From Patescibacteria group bacterium (GTDB lineage: Bacteria; Patescibacteriota; Patescibacteriia; UBA10025; JAHIVO01), in assembly GCA_018816445.1 (NCBI GenBank), contig JAHIVO010000014.1:1-38879 (forward strand): a DNA stretch of 38,879 nucleotides. Reading direction: 5' to 3'. The stretch's first letter is position 1, and every line of letters begins with the position of its first letter. The translations under genes were made by a program, and so were the position numbers. The notes beneath the pieces were generated by a model. It was not told the DNA's origin and searched no databases. It saw only the letters and a list, made by a program, of their open reading frames with translations. Positions 8,226 through 17,212 of this stretch are shown one piece after another.

Positions 8226-8240
8226 TCCATAAGCAGAAAC

Positions 8241-8273
8241 AAAAAAGCCTACCTTTTATAGGCAGGCTTTTTT
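8241..8273. terminator. Bidirectional terminator
   Basis: AAAAAAGCCTACCT-tttat-AGGCAGGCTTTTTT between convergent ORFs. Confidence 0.8.
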
Positions 8274-8288
8274 CTTATGTTTAGGTTT

Positions 8289-9638
8289 TTATAATGAAGG
8301 TGTTGCGGGTTCCATATTTACACCTGGTGGTGTGCATTGAATGCCACCGCCGACTTTATGGCAGCACTCGTTATTATTTCTGCACCAGTAACCGTCTGGG
8401 CAGACACCGCCGCCGCAGCCGTTGGGATTAGCGTTACAGGGGATCTGGTTCTGCAGCAACATGTCTGTGTAAGGATGGCCGTTATTATCATAAAAGACTA
8501 CAAACCAGTCGCCAGGTTCTAAAACCTGTTCAGGCAGACAAAGCTTCTTAATCCCATCCATAGTGGTTACATTCAGGTCCATGGTTGCTAATGTTTTAGT
8601 TTCTTCATTAATACTGCTATTTCCCCCCAACACAAACAATGGAGCGGCATGTGAAACCGGATCAGATTCATGAGGGATAAATCCTTCAGCTGAATTATAA
8701 AATCCAAGTACGTGATTCCAGCTTTTTGCAAATACTAAGTAAGTTAAAAGGCCTAAATCAACTGTTTTGCTAGAAGTAATATTTGATATTAGGATGGGAT
8801 CAAAATTATTAGCTACCATGTCCTGGCAATCTGTTTCATTGGCTCGCTGGGTTAAGTTTGCATCATAATATGAATTGCCTTCTTCATCAATAAAATACGT
8901 ATTTTGTCCTCCTTCACAGCCAGGCCAATCATATTGATACTGCCAAAAACCGCCTACGCACAAGAAGCAACCATTAATATCTCCATCTGTGCAAAGATCA
9001 ACTTGGGCATGGGTTGTTTTGATGCCTAAAATTGGATTATTTTGTTCTGGTATCTGTCTTTCTGTAGGAAGATGGGTAACGCTGTTACTGTTTTTTTCTG
9101 GAATACATATAACCTGTTTGTCTGGAATAATTACTTGCGCATCAGCTGTTGGAATACCAAGTATTGGTTGGCGGTAATTGGATTTACTTACAGGTTGAGC
9201 GGGGGGGATAATAACATCAGTAGTTTGTAAGGTGATGTACATTGCAGGGTGAGTAACAGCTTGCACATTAATAGCTAGAGGCAGTTCTTCATCTGCTGTA
9301 TCACCATCATCAAATCCTCCGCCATATTGCGGGAATATACCAAAAAGAAGAGATTCATCAACTGATTGTAAATTTATATCACCTGAATCAAGGATTTCAC
9401 CTGACTGCGGGGGATTAAAACTAATATCAGCACTCATTACATCAACAAAGGCCATAGCATCCGGCGTTGGGGGAGTATAATTGCTGCTTTCTGCCGGCGT
9501 TGTAGAAGTTTTTATGTTTGGCAGCATAAATAAAATAGCCATCCCAGTTAGGAAGGCTCCAATCATTAGTACTGATACATAAATACCTGTTTTAGTTTTT
9601 ACTTCAACTTTTTGGGATGGGACTTGGTTGTTTTCCAT
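8289..9638 (-). CDS. Membrane-anchored, Cys-rich extracellular protein
   Basis: N-terminal TM after EVKTKT; internal repeats; Cys-rich C-terminus; promoter TTGACA-N17-TAATAT at 9709-9737. Confidence 0.8.
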   Translation of the reverse strand: MENNQVPSQKVEVKTKTGIYVSVLMIGAFLTGMAILFMLPNIKTSTTPAESSNYTPPTPDAMAFVDVMSADISFNPPQSGEILDSGDINLQSVDESLLFGIFPQYGGGFDDGDTADEELPLAINVQAVTHPAMYITLQTTDVIIPPAQPVSKSNYRQPILGIPTADAQVIIPDKQVICIPEKNSNSVTHLPTERQIPEQNNPILGIKTTHAQVDLCTDGDINGCFLCVGGFWQYQYDWPGCEGGQNTYFIDEEGNSYYDANLTQRANETDCQDMVANNFDPILISNITSSKTVDLGLLTYLVFAKSWNHVLGFYNSAEGFIPHESDPVSHAAPLFVLGGNSSINEETKTLATMDLNVTTMDGIKKLCLPEQVLEPGDWFVVFYDNNGHPYTDMLLQNQIPCNANPNGCGGGVCPDGYWCRNNNECCHKVGGGIQCTPPGVNMEPATPSL

Positions 9639-9753
9639 ATTTTTTACGTCAAAAAATTAAATGTCAAACTTATCATGGTTATGTAAGCTAGGAGGCATTA
9701 TTAGTTTAATATTAGCATATTTTATGCGATTTGTCAATAAAAAAACGTAAAAA

Positions 9754-11121
9754 TTATTTTTTTATAACCGGCCCTGCTAATGTGTCTTCAACCTTAAAGC
9801 CCGCTTTGTTAATTTCATCGCGCAGTTTGTCCGCTGTGGTAAAATCCTTAGCCTGCCTGGCTTGTTCTCTTTTATCTGCTAATTCTTTAATTTCTTTAGG
9901 CACGGCAATTGGTTTAGCTTGGCGCAGGTTTAAGCCTATAATTTTATCAAATGCTAGTAAAGAGGCTTTTTTTGCCTCGTTGGGGTAGTCTGACTTGAGT
10001 AAGTCCCAAACGATGGCCAGGGACTTGGGCGTATTTAAATCATCATTAATAGCTTCTGAAAATTTTTGTTCAAATTCTGCACAGCCGATTTTTGGTTCAC
10101 CAAGATTAGCAACAAGTGCATATAAATTATCAAGTGCGTTTTGTGCAGCTTGCAGGGCTTCCCAGGTGAAGTTTAATTTTTTTCTATAATGGGTACCCAA
10201 TACCAGGTAGCGATAAGCCAGTGGGTTAACATTTTTTTCTTTAACAGTATTTAACGTAATAAAATTGCCTTCAGACTTACCCATACGTACGTCCTTGCCA
10301 ATAACCAGGAATTCTCCGTGCAGCCAATAATTTACAAAAGGTTTTTCCGTAACCGCTTCAGCCTGGGCAATTTCATTGGTGTGATGTGTGGGGATATGGT
10401 CTATACCCCCGCAGTGCAGGTCAAAAGTTTCACCTAAATATTTTTGGGCCATGACCGAGCATTCCAGATGCCAGCCAGGGAATCCTTTGCCCCAAGGGCT
10501 GTTCCACTCCATCTGCCTTTTTGAATCTTGAGGGGAAAATTTCCACAAAGCAAAGTCAGACGGATTTTTTTTCTCAGTGTTTTTCTCTACCCGGGCCCCT
10601 TCTTTCATGTCACTGGTTTTTTGGCCGCGCAGTTTTTCATAACCTCCAAATTTGCTGGTATCAAAATACAGACCATCAGATATTTTATAGGTAAATCCTT
10701 TTTCCTCAAGTTTTTTTATCCAGGCGATCTGCTCTTGTATGTGGTCAGTGGCTTTGCACCAGATATCCGGTTCTGAAATATTTAAATCCGCCAGGCTTTG
10801 TTTAAAGCTTTTAGTATAAAATTCCGCGATTTCCCAGACAGTCTTTTTCTCTTTAAGTGCGCTGGTTTCAATTTTATCCTCGCCTTCATCTGCGTCAGAA
10901 GTTAAGTGTCCCACATCAGTAATATTCATCACATGCTTAACAGCGTATCCATTATTTATTAAAACACGCTTAAGAATGTCCTCAAAAAGATAGGTGCGCA
11001 AGTTTCCCAGATGGGCATAATTATAAACCGTTGGTCCGCAGGTATACAAACCAGCCTCTTTATCGTTTAAAGGTTTGAAGGCCTCTTTTTTTCTGGTTAA
11101 GGTGTTATAAAATGATAGCAT
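9754..11121 (-). CDS. cysS: Cysteine--tRNA ligase
   Basis: [12 protein letters not shown] (HIGH), [29 protein letters not shown] (KMSKS variant); start moved to MLSFYNTL. Confidence 0.97.
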   Translation of the reverse strand: MLSFYNTLTRKKEAFKPLNDKEAGLYTCGPTVYNYAHLGNLRTYLFEDILKRVLINNGYAVKHVMNITDVGHLTSDADEGEDKIETSALKEKKTVWEIAEFYTKSFKQSLADLNISEPDIWCKATDHIQEQIAWIKKLEEKGFTYKISDGLYFDTSKFGGYEKLRGQKTSDMKEGARVEKNTEKKNPSDFALWKFSPQDSKRQMEWNSPWGKGFPGWHLECSVMAQKYLGETFDLHCGGIDHIPTHHTNEIAQAEAVTEKPFVNYWLHGEFLVIGKDVRMGKSEGNFITLNTVKEKNVNPLAYRYLVLGTHYRKKLNFTWEALQAAQNALDNLYALVANLGEPKIGCAEFEQKFSEAINDDLNTPKSLAIVWDLLKSDYPNEAKKASLLAFDKIIGLNLRQAKPIAVPKEIKELADKREQARQAKDFTTADKLRDEINKAGFKVEDTLAGPVIKK

Positions 11122-11208
11122 AGCTGATTTTAGTTTACAGTTTTTTAAAAAAATGGGCAATATAAAAAAGCATATTCAGCCTGAATTTAGCTGTTGCTTT
11201 TATAATTA

Positions 11209-12183
11209 TTATCCGTTTTTACTTTCCATTTTTTTTATATCCAGGCCGACTTCTTTCCACTCAGACATCACTTCTTCAATATCCTTTGGCTGTACCACTT
11301 GCGATTTGGCCTGGGAACCAGCTTTTTTACTGATGCTTCTAAGCTTAACTTTAGCACATGCTTCATCCATCAGATCAATGGCTTTATCCGGGAAGACGCG
11401 GTCATTAACATATTTATTTGACAATTCAATACAGGCTTTTAGTGCGTCGTCGCTGATTTTTACCTGATGATGATTTTCATATCTGGAACGTATACCTTTG
11501 AGAATATTGAAAGTCTGCTCCTTATTTGGTTCCTCAATTAATATAGGCTGAAAGCGTCTTTCCAGGGTTAAATCATTTTCAACATATTTTTTATAATCAA
11601 TTTTTGTACTGGCTCCGATAACCTGGAGGTCTCCTCGTGCCAAGGCCGGCTTTAGAATATCTGCTGCATTTATTGCCCCTGATGCCTGACCAGCTTCTGC
11701 CAGGGTGTGCATTTCATCAATAAATAAAATGATTTTCCTTTTGGCGGCAATTATTTCATCCACCAATGCTTTGAGGCGTTTTTCAAATTCACCGCGATAT
11801 TTTGTGCCAGCTACCAAGCCGCTTAAATCTAGGGCTAATACTTTTTTATCAGTTAAAGTTGCCGTTACTTTACCAGAAGCAATCTGGTTAGCTAAACCTT
11901 CTACGATGGCAGTTTTTCCGACACCAGATTGGCCGATCAATACCGGGTTATTTTTAGTACGGCGTGAAAGTATTTGGATTAATCTTTCTATTTCATGTTC
12001 ACGGCCAATAACCGGATCCAGCTTGTCTTCCTGGGCCAGGGCAGTTAAATCCTTAGAATAAATTTTTAGCACCTGCAGGTTAGTACGGACTTTAATATTT
12101 TCCCGGTATAGCCAAAATATCACTACGCCTAGAACGGCGAGTATGAGCAACAATGAGTATGAAGTTGGTGATCCAAATTCCAT
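11209..12183 (-). CDS. Membrane-anchored ClpA/ClpB-type AAA+ protein (NBD1 only)
   Basis: N-terminal TM; [18 protein letters not shown], Walker A GQSGVGKT, pore loop GTKYRGEFE, Walker [18 protein letters not shown]; no NBD2. Confidence 0.85.
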   Translation of the reverse strand: MEFGSPTSYSLLLILAVLGVVIFWLYRENIKVRTNLQVLKIYSKDLTALAQEDKLDPVIGREHEIERLIQILSRRTKNNPVLIGQSGVGKTAIVEGLANQIASGKVTATLTDKKVLALDLSGLVAGTKYRGEFEKRLKALVDEIIAAKRKIILFIDEMHTLAEAGQASGAINAADILKPALARGDLQVIGASTKIDYKKYVENDLTLERRFQPILIEEPNKEQTFNILKGIRSRYENHHQVKISDDALKACIELSNKYVNDRVFPDKAIDLMDEACAKVKLRSISKKAGSQAKSQVVQPKDIEEVMSEWKEVGLDIKKMESKNG

Positions 12184-12185
12184 AT

Positions 12186-13130
12186 TTATTCAAGCCATTT
12201 ACGGCTTTTAAAAATACTGACAACGATCATAGCTACGATCACTTCAAGCAGGATAATCAACCAGAAACCCAATGGCCAGCTAATTAATGGTGTACCAGGG
12301 GCATCCAGACCGAGTATTGTAGCCACCAGGGTTAAAACAAAGATAACCACCGAAATAATAGTAAAAGTTTTCATAATAATATTCAGCCGGAATGAGATCA
12401 GTGATTCATTGGTGTCATGCAGAGCTTCAATTGACTCCTTAAAGCTCTCAAGGGAGTCCCAAATATCCTTGGTCTTATCAGTCAGGTTATTGAAATACAC
12501 ATCGCTTTTTTGGGGGTCAAAGATTTTCAGAATACTGTTGGCGTGTCCTAGTTTTTTAAGGATATTTTTATGTGCGGACATAGTCTTCCTATAGTGGACG
12601 ATATTACGCCGTGAAGCCAGGATTTCTTTGACCATTTCCTTTTCTTTGCCTTTGAAAATATGCTTTTCAGCGCGGTTAATATCCATGCTAATATGATCCA
12701 GCATAGGGAAGCAGTGGGAGATTAATTTATTCAGCAGTTCATATAGTACAATCATCACGTTATTAGCCAGGAATTCATTTTTTTCTTTGTAATTTTTTTG
12801 TTTTTTCAGATGGTTAAAATACCTTTCAATGATGGGCAGCTTGTTGTCATGAATGGTAATAATGAAACCTTTACTGATAAAAAAATCAATTTCCCTGGCA
12901 ACAATGGCGCCAGTATTTCTGATATAGACAGGATAAAGCAAAACCAAAAACAGATTGTCATGGTAGATGTCTATCTTGGGCCGTTGGCCAATTGCTAAAC
13001 TGTCCTCCAAATTTATCCGGTGAAGACTAAAATTCTTTTTTAAAAATTTTATTTCCGGGCAGTTGGGACCTTGGAGATCAGTAAGATTTATCCAGCGCAC
13101 TTTGCTGCCTCGGATCTCTTCAATAGCCAT
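12186..13130 (-). CDS. corA: CorA-family divalent cation transporter (atypical signature)
   Basis: [28 protein letters not shown], two C-terminal TMs; GLD in the position of GMN; promoter TTGCCA-N17-TAAAAT at 13171-13199. Confidence 0.85.
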   Translation of the reverse strand: MAIEEIRGSKVRWINLTDLQGPNCPEIKFLKKNFSLHRINLEDSLAIGQRPKIDIYHDNLFLVLLYPVYIRNTGAIVAREIDFFISKGFIITIHDNKLPIIERYFNHLKKQKNYKEKNEFLANNVMIVLYELLNKLISHCFPMLDHISMDINRAEKHIFKGKEKEMVKEILASRRNIVHYRKTMSAHKNILKKLGHANSILKIFDPQKSDVYFNNLTDKTKDIWDSLESFKESIEALHDTNESLISFRLNIIMKTFTIISVVIFVLTLVATILGLDAPGTPLISWPLGFWLIILLEVIVAMIVVSIFKSRKWLE

Positions 13131-13211
13131 AATGAATTTTGGTAATTTTGTTTTTGTATTAGATGTTTATATTTTAGCATACTTTTGGCATTTTGGCAAG
13201 GGTAAAAGAAT

Positions 13212-13249
13212 AAAAAAGCGCCGCGAGATTCAGTTGAATCAAGCGGCGC
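13212..13249 (-). terminator. Intrinsic terminator of ORF 13270..13782
   Basis: GCGCCGC..GATTCA/TGAATC..GCGGCGC hairpin with a T-run on the minus strand. Confidence 0.7.
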
Positions 13250-13269
13250 GACGTCTGAAAGACGCTTTG

Positions 13270-13782
13270 TTATTTGCGACGGTAAGCATGGTGGTAAGTC
13301 TCTGACGGCAGGATTTGAATATCCCACTTTGCCGTGACAATGTAACTTGGTCCAGCCTTGATCGGAACAAGCGTTCCGTGTGATGTAAGCTTGTTGCTAT
13401 ACACCGAGTAATAAGCTACTGCTGTCAGTATTCCAGCGGAACCGTCACGTTGTACGATTTTAAAAGCGTGGTTCGGCGGGAAGGTGGTAAATGTCCGACC
13501 AAGATACTCGGTTACAATTGAGTCACAATAATTGTGCTCAATAGTCGGCGGCTGGAACCTGGCTGCAAACTCTCCCACCTGAGAGAATCCATCCAGAGCG
13601 TACATCTCATGGCCACCGATAACTAAGTGAATCGGCTGGCCTTGATCATTAAGACCAAATGCCTGTTTGAGCAGATCACCAGGCCTACCCGACGATACAG
13701 CTGCAAAGTAACAGCCGTTGAATACGACTGTCATTACCATTATCGCAATTAACATGACAAAGAGCTTGAAATGCGTTTTCAT
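13270..13782 (-). CDS. Orphan putative lipoprotein (170 aa)
   Basis: MKTHFKLFVMLIAIMVMTVVFNG-C lipobox-like signal; purine-rich SD; promoter TTGACA-N17-TAGGAT (13833-13861). Confidence 0.7.
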   Translation of the reverse strand: MKTHFKLFVMLIAIMVMTVVFNGCYFAAVSSGRPGDLLKQAFGLNDQGQPIHLVIGGHEMYALDGFSQVGEFAARFQPPTIEHNYCDSIVTEYLGRTFTTFPPNHAFKIVQRDGSAGILTAVAYYSVYSNKLTSHGTLVPIKAGPSYIVTAKWDIQILPSETYHHAYRRK

Positions 13783-13945
13783 CTTCTCTCTCTCCTCTAT
13801 ATACAATTGTTCATTATCAACAATAACATATAATCCTAGCATATATTTTTTAATTTGTCAAGGGTGGTTGTGCACATCATGATTTTACTTGATTTTTTCT
13901 TCAAAATCTGATATAATTCAAATAATAACAATACCAATACTTATT

Positions 13946-14497
13946 ATGCCTGATGCGGTAAATCCAGATCAAAAAGAGCAAGTACGCCCTCCAGTAGAGG
14001 ATATTTTTGATTTGGAAAAGGAATTAGCACCACCTCAGCCAGAGGCACAGCCGATTAGGCCTGAGGTACAGAAGGAATCCGCACCTGAAACTCAACCAGA
14101 AAAAAAGCCAGAAGTGGAAAAAGAAGATGAGTCAGCCCGCCGTAAGTATGCTCCTCCACCAACAGAGCCTGTCCAGGCTCGGCCTGTGCAGGCTCTGGTT
14201 CAAAAAACTGAAGAACAGATAAAAATTGAAAATATTTTATCAGAGCATTTAGATAATTTATTCCTGCAGATGACGCCGCAGCAGCAAATGACATTTAAAC
14301 AGAAAGGCGAAGAAACTGCAAATAAAATTGAGAAGCTATTACTGCAGGCTAAAGTCAAGGCCAAAGAAGTCCTTGGTCTGATCAGGGAATGGCTGAAGTT
14401 CTTACCTGGATTAAATAAGTTTTTTCTGGAGCAGGAAGCAAAAATAAAAACTGACCGCATTCTCAATATCCACGAGCAAAAACACAAACAGAAATAA
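13946..14497 (+). CDS. Hypothetical protein (P/E/Q-rich N-terminus, helical C-terminus)
   Basis: ATG at 13946 in frame with track ORF; 16 nt upstream of the ATPase gene. Confidence 0.75.
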   Translation: MPDAVNPDQKEQVRPPVEDIFDLEKELAPPQPEAQPIRPEVQKESAPETQPEKKPEVEKEDESARRKYAPPPTEPVQARPVQALVQKTEEQIKIENILSEHLDNLFLQMTPQQQMTFKQKGEETANKIEKLLLQAKVKAKEVLGLIREWLKFLPGLNKFFLEQEAKIKTDRILNIHEQKHKQK

Positions 14498-14513
14498 TTA
14501 TATTATCACCCTT

Positions 14514-17060
14514 ATGCCGGTGACACCTTCTCCTGATACAGGAGGAATACAAAAGATGATAACTCAACTTTTGGAAAATCCTGCTTTTCCAGTTGTCTTG
14601 GTAGCTGTTTCAGTATTAATCCTCATGGCGGGTGGATTTTTCATTTTTTTTAAATACTTAAGAAGCAATAAACATGTGCCGTTTGCACTGCGCATGACTA
14701 TGCTGCTGGTTACTGTACCCAAGGAATCAGAGATTAAAGATGAAGAGGGGCGCCAGAGTAAAACTATGGCTGAGATGCTGGCTGAAGCAGAGGCCTGGTT
14801 TACCGCCCTCGGCGGCATGAAAGCTGAGCGCGGCATGGCTTCAAATATTGCTGGCCGGCATGACCAGTTTTCTCTGGAGATAGTGGCTCATGAAGGCTTA
14901 ATTTCATTTTTTGTAGTTGTACCGAACTATCTCAGGTCGTATATGGAGCAGCATATCCATGCCCAGTATCCAAAATCCCAAATAGAGGAACTTGAGGAGT
15001 ATAATATTTTTAAGCCGAATTGCGAAGTGGTCTCAGCTGCCCTGGGTTTTAAAAAACCGTATATATTTCCTCTTCGTACTTATAAGCAGCTTGACATTGA
15101 CCCGCTTAATTCTATTACTAATGTATTGTCAAAAGTAGATAAGGATGAAGGTATAGCAGTCCAGTACATAATGCGTTCTGCCAGGCCGGAATGGCATAAT
15201 TGGGGAGCCAGGACAGCCAGAGAAATGCACCAAGGCAAAACACTAAAAGAGGCCCTGGGCCGGTCAGGCTTAAGCGGTTTTTTAATTGAACTGCTGAGGA
15301 CATTCTTACCAAAGAAAAAGGATCCCTTGGATGACAAGCAGTTCCATCAGTTATCTCCTAGAGAGGAAGAAATAGCTAAAAGTATTGAAGAAAAAACCTC
15401 AAAAGCAGGCATGGATGTGAATGTCCGGATTATTGTTTCTGCACGTGATAAACAGCGGGCCGATGCCTATCTGAAAAACGTGATTGACTCGTTCAGCCAA
15501 TATACATTGTATGAATACGGCAACGGTTTTTCCCGGCGGGATCCATTGAAAAAAAATAAGCTAATTTATGACTTTATCCACCGCCGATTTGATAACAGGC
15601 GGAAAATTATCTTAAACACAGAAGAGACAACTAGTATCTTCCATTTCCCATTACCAACTACTGAAACTCCAAATATCAGATGGCTGCAGGCACGCAAAGC
15701 GGCAGCTCCAGTAAATATCCCAAAAGAAGGTTTGGTATTAGGAAAAAATTTATATCGCAATGTAGAAACTGAGATACGAATAAAAGAAAATGACCGCCGC
15801 CGGCACGTATATGTCATAGGTAAATCAGGTGTTGGCAAGTCGGTACTTCTTTCCAATATGATTATTCAGGATATTCAAGAAGGCAAGGGCGTGGGCGTTG
15901 TTGATCCGCATGGAGATCTGATAAGCGCGGTTATGCAACATATTCCCAAGGAAAGGGCAGAGGACGTAGTCCATTTTTGCCCGTCAGATATTGAACGGCC
16001 AGTTGGCCTGAATATGCTTGAGGCGGTTACGCCGGAGGAAAAAGATTTTGCTGTACAGGAAATGATTGCCATCTTTTATAAATTATTCCCGCCTGAAATG
16101 ATCGGTCCGATGTTTGAACATAACATGAGGAATGTAATGCTGACGCTGATGGAGGATACGGAATCTCCCGGCACTATCGCTGAAATTCCGCGCATGTTCA
16201 CGGATACTGCTTTCCAAAAATACAAAGTCCAAAAGGTCAAAGATCCAATGGTCAGGTCATTCTGGGAAAAAGAAATGGCCAAGACTTCTGATTTTCATAA
16301 GTCTGAAATGCTGGGCTATTTAATTTCAAAAGTAGGACGGTTCGTGGAAAACGCCATGATACGAAACATTATTGGTCAGCCAAAATCCGGATTTAATTTT
16401 AATGACATTATGAATAATAAAAAGATTCTCCTGGTTAACCTGGCCAAGGGCACGACCGGAGAGGTTAATAGTAACCTGCTTGGTCTGATAATCGTATCCA
16501 AACTGCAGATGGCTGCTATGAGGCGAGCTGCCCTGCCAGAGGAACAGCGCAAGGATTTTTATCTCTATATTGATGAATTTCAGAATTTTGTAACTGACAG
16601 TATCGCTACCATATTATCAGAAGCCAGGAAATACAGACTGGATTTAACCATTGCTCACCAGTATGTAAGCCAGTTAGTCCGGGAAAATAACGATACACAG
16701 ATCAGGGATGCTGTATTCGGTAATGTAGGTACTTTGGTCGCTTTCCGGGTGGGGGTTGAAGATGCAGAAATATTAGCTAAGGAGTTTGAGCCAATATTTA
16801 ATGAATATGATGTTATTAACGTGGAAATGTACACTGCAAATGTAAAACTTTTAATTGATAATACCGGTTCCAAACCGTTTAATATGATAACTTATCCTCC
16901 GTTTGAAGGGGACAAGGAGCTGGCTAAGAAGATTATTGAACTGTCGCGAATGAAATTCGGACGTGATCGGGCGGCAGTAGAAGCGGAAATTATTGAAAAA
17001 ACAAAGTTGGGCGAACCGACCGCTACTCAGGGCCCGCCGGTTGGCGAGAAGAATATGTAA
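14514..17060 (+). CDS. VirD4/TrwB/HerA-like membrane-anchored ATPase (type IV coupling-protein-like)
   Basis: N-terminal TM; RRHVYVIGKSGVGKS Walker A, VDPHGD, YLYIDEFQNF Walker B, LSEARKYRL..AHQY, AVFGNVGT. Confidence 0.9.
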   Translation: MPVTPSPDTGGIQKMITQLLENPAFPVVLVAVSVLILMAGGFFIFFKYLRSNKHVPFALRMTMLLVTVPKESEIKDEEGRQSKTMAEMLAEAEAWFTALGGMKAERGMASNIAGRHDQFSLEIVAHEGLISFFVVVPNYLRSYMEQHIHAQYPKSQIEELEEYNIFKPNCEVVSAALGFKKPYIFPLRTYKQLDIDPLNSITNVLSKVDKDEGIAVQYIMRSARPEWHNWGARTAREMHQGKTLKEALGRSGLSGFLIELLRTFLPKKKDPLDDKQFHQLSPREEEIAKSIEEKTSKAGMDVNVRIIVSARDKQRADAYLKNVIDSFSQYTLYEYGNGFSRRDPLKKNKLIYDFIHRRFDNRRKIILNTEETTSIFHFPLPTTETPNIRWLQARKAAAPVNIPKEGLVLGKNLYRNVETEIRIKENDRRRHVYVIGKSGVGKSVLLSNMIIQDIQEGKGVGVVDPHGDLISAVMQHIPKERAEDVVHFCPSDIERPVGLNMLEAVTPEEKDFAVQEMIAIFYKLFPPEMIGPMFEHNMRNVMLTLMEDTESPGTIAEIPRMFTDTAFQKYKVQKVKDPMVRSFWEKEMAKTSDFHKSEMLGYLISKVGRFVENAMIRNIIGQPKSGFNFNDIMNNKKILLVNLAKGTTGEVNSNLLGLIIVSKLQMAAMRRAALPEEQRKDFYLYIDEFQNFVTDSIATILSEARKYRLDLTIAHQYVSQLVRENNDTQIRDAVFGNVGTLVAFRVGVEDAEILAKEFEPIFNEYDVINVEMYTANVKLLIDNTGSKPFNMITYPPFEGDKELAKKIIELSRMKFGRDRAAVEAEIIEKTKLGEPTATQGPPVGEKNM

Positions 17061-17070
17061 AAAGTGAATT

Positions 17071-17199
17071 ATGAAAAAACCTCAAACCGAAGTTACAATT
17101 AAAACTAAAACACCGGTAGGGGTAAAAATCAGTGCTGCGGTGGCTATTGGCGGCTTACTGGTAATCGCCGGGGTTTTAGTTTATAGTTTATTTTTATGA
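17071..17199 (+). CDS. Small single-TM protein, 42 aa (below the ORF track cutoff)
   Basis: MKKPQTEVTIKTKTPVGVKISAAVAIGGLLVIAGVLVYSLFL*; fills the gap between the ATPase and protease genes. Confidence 0.6.
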   Translation: MKKPQTEVTIKTKTPVGVKISAAVAIGGLLVIAGVLVYSLFL

Positions 17200-17212
17200 T
17201 TAACAATTAAAT

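Noticed and set aside
11122-11160. Upstream in-frame extensions given by the ORF track (cysS 11160; also 13842, 13889, 23048, 27140)
   Set aside because: The extensions are AT-rich leader sequence; downstream ATGs match family N-termini, SD sites or signal peptides better.
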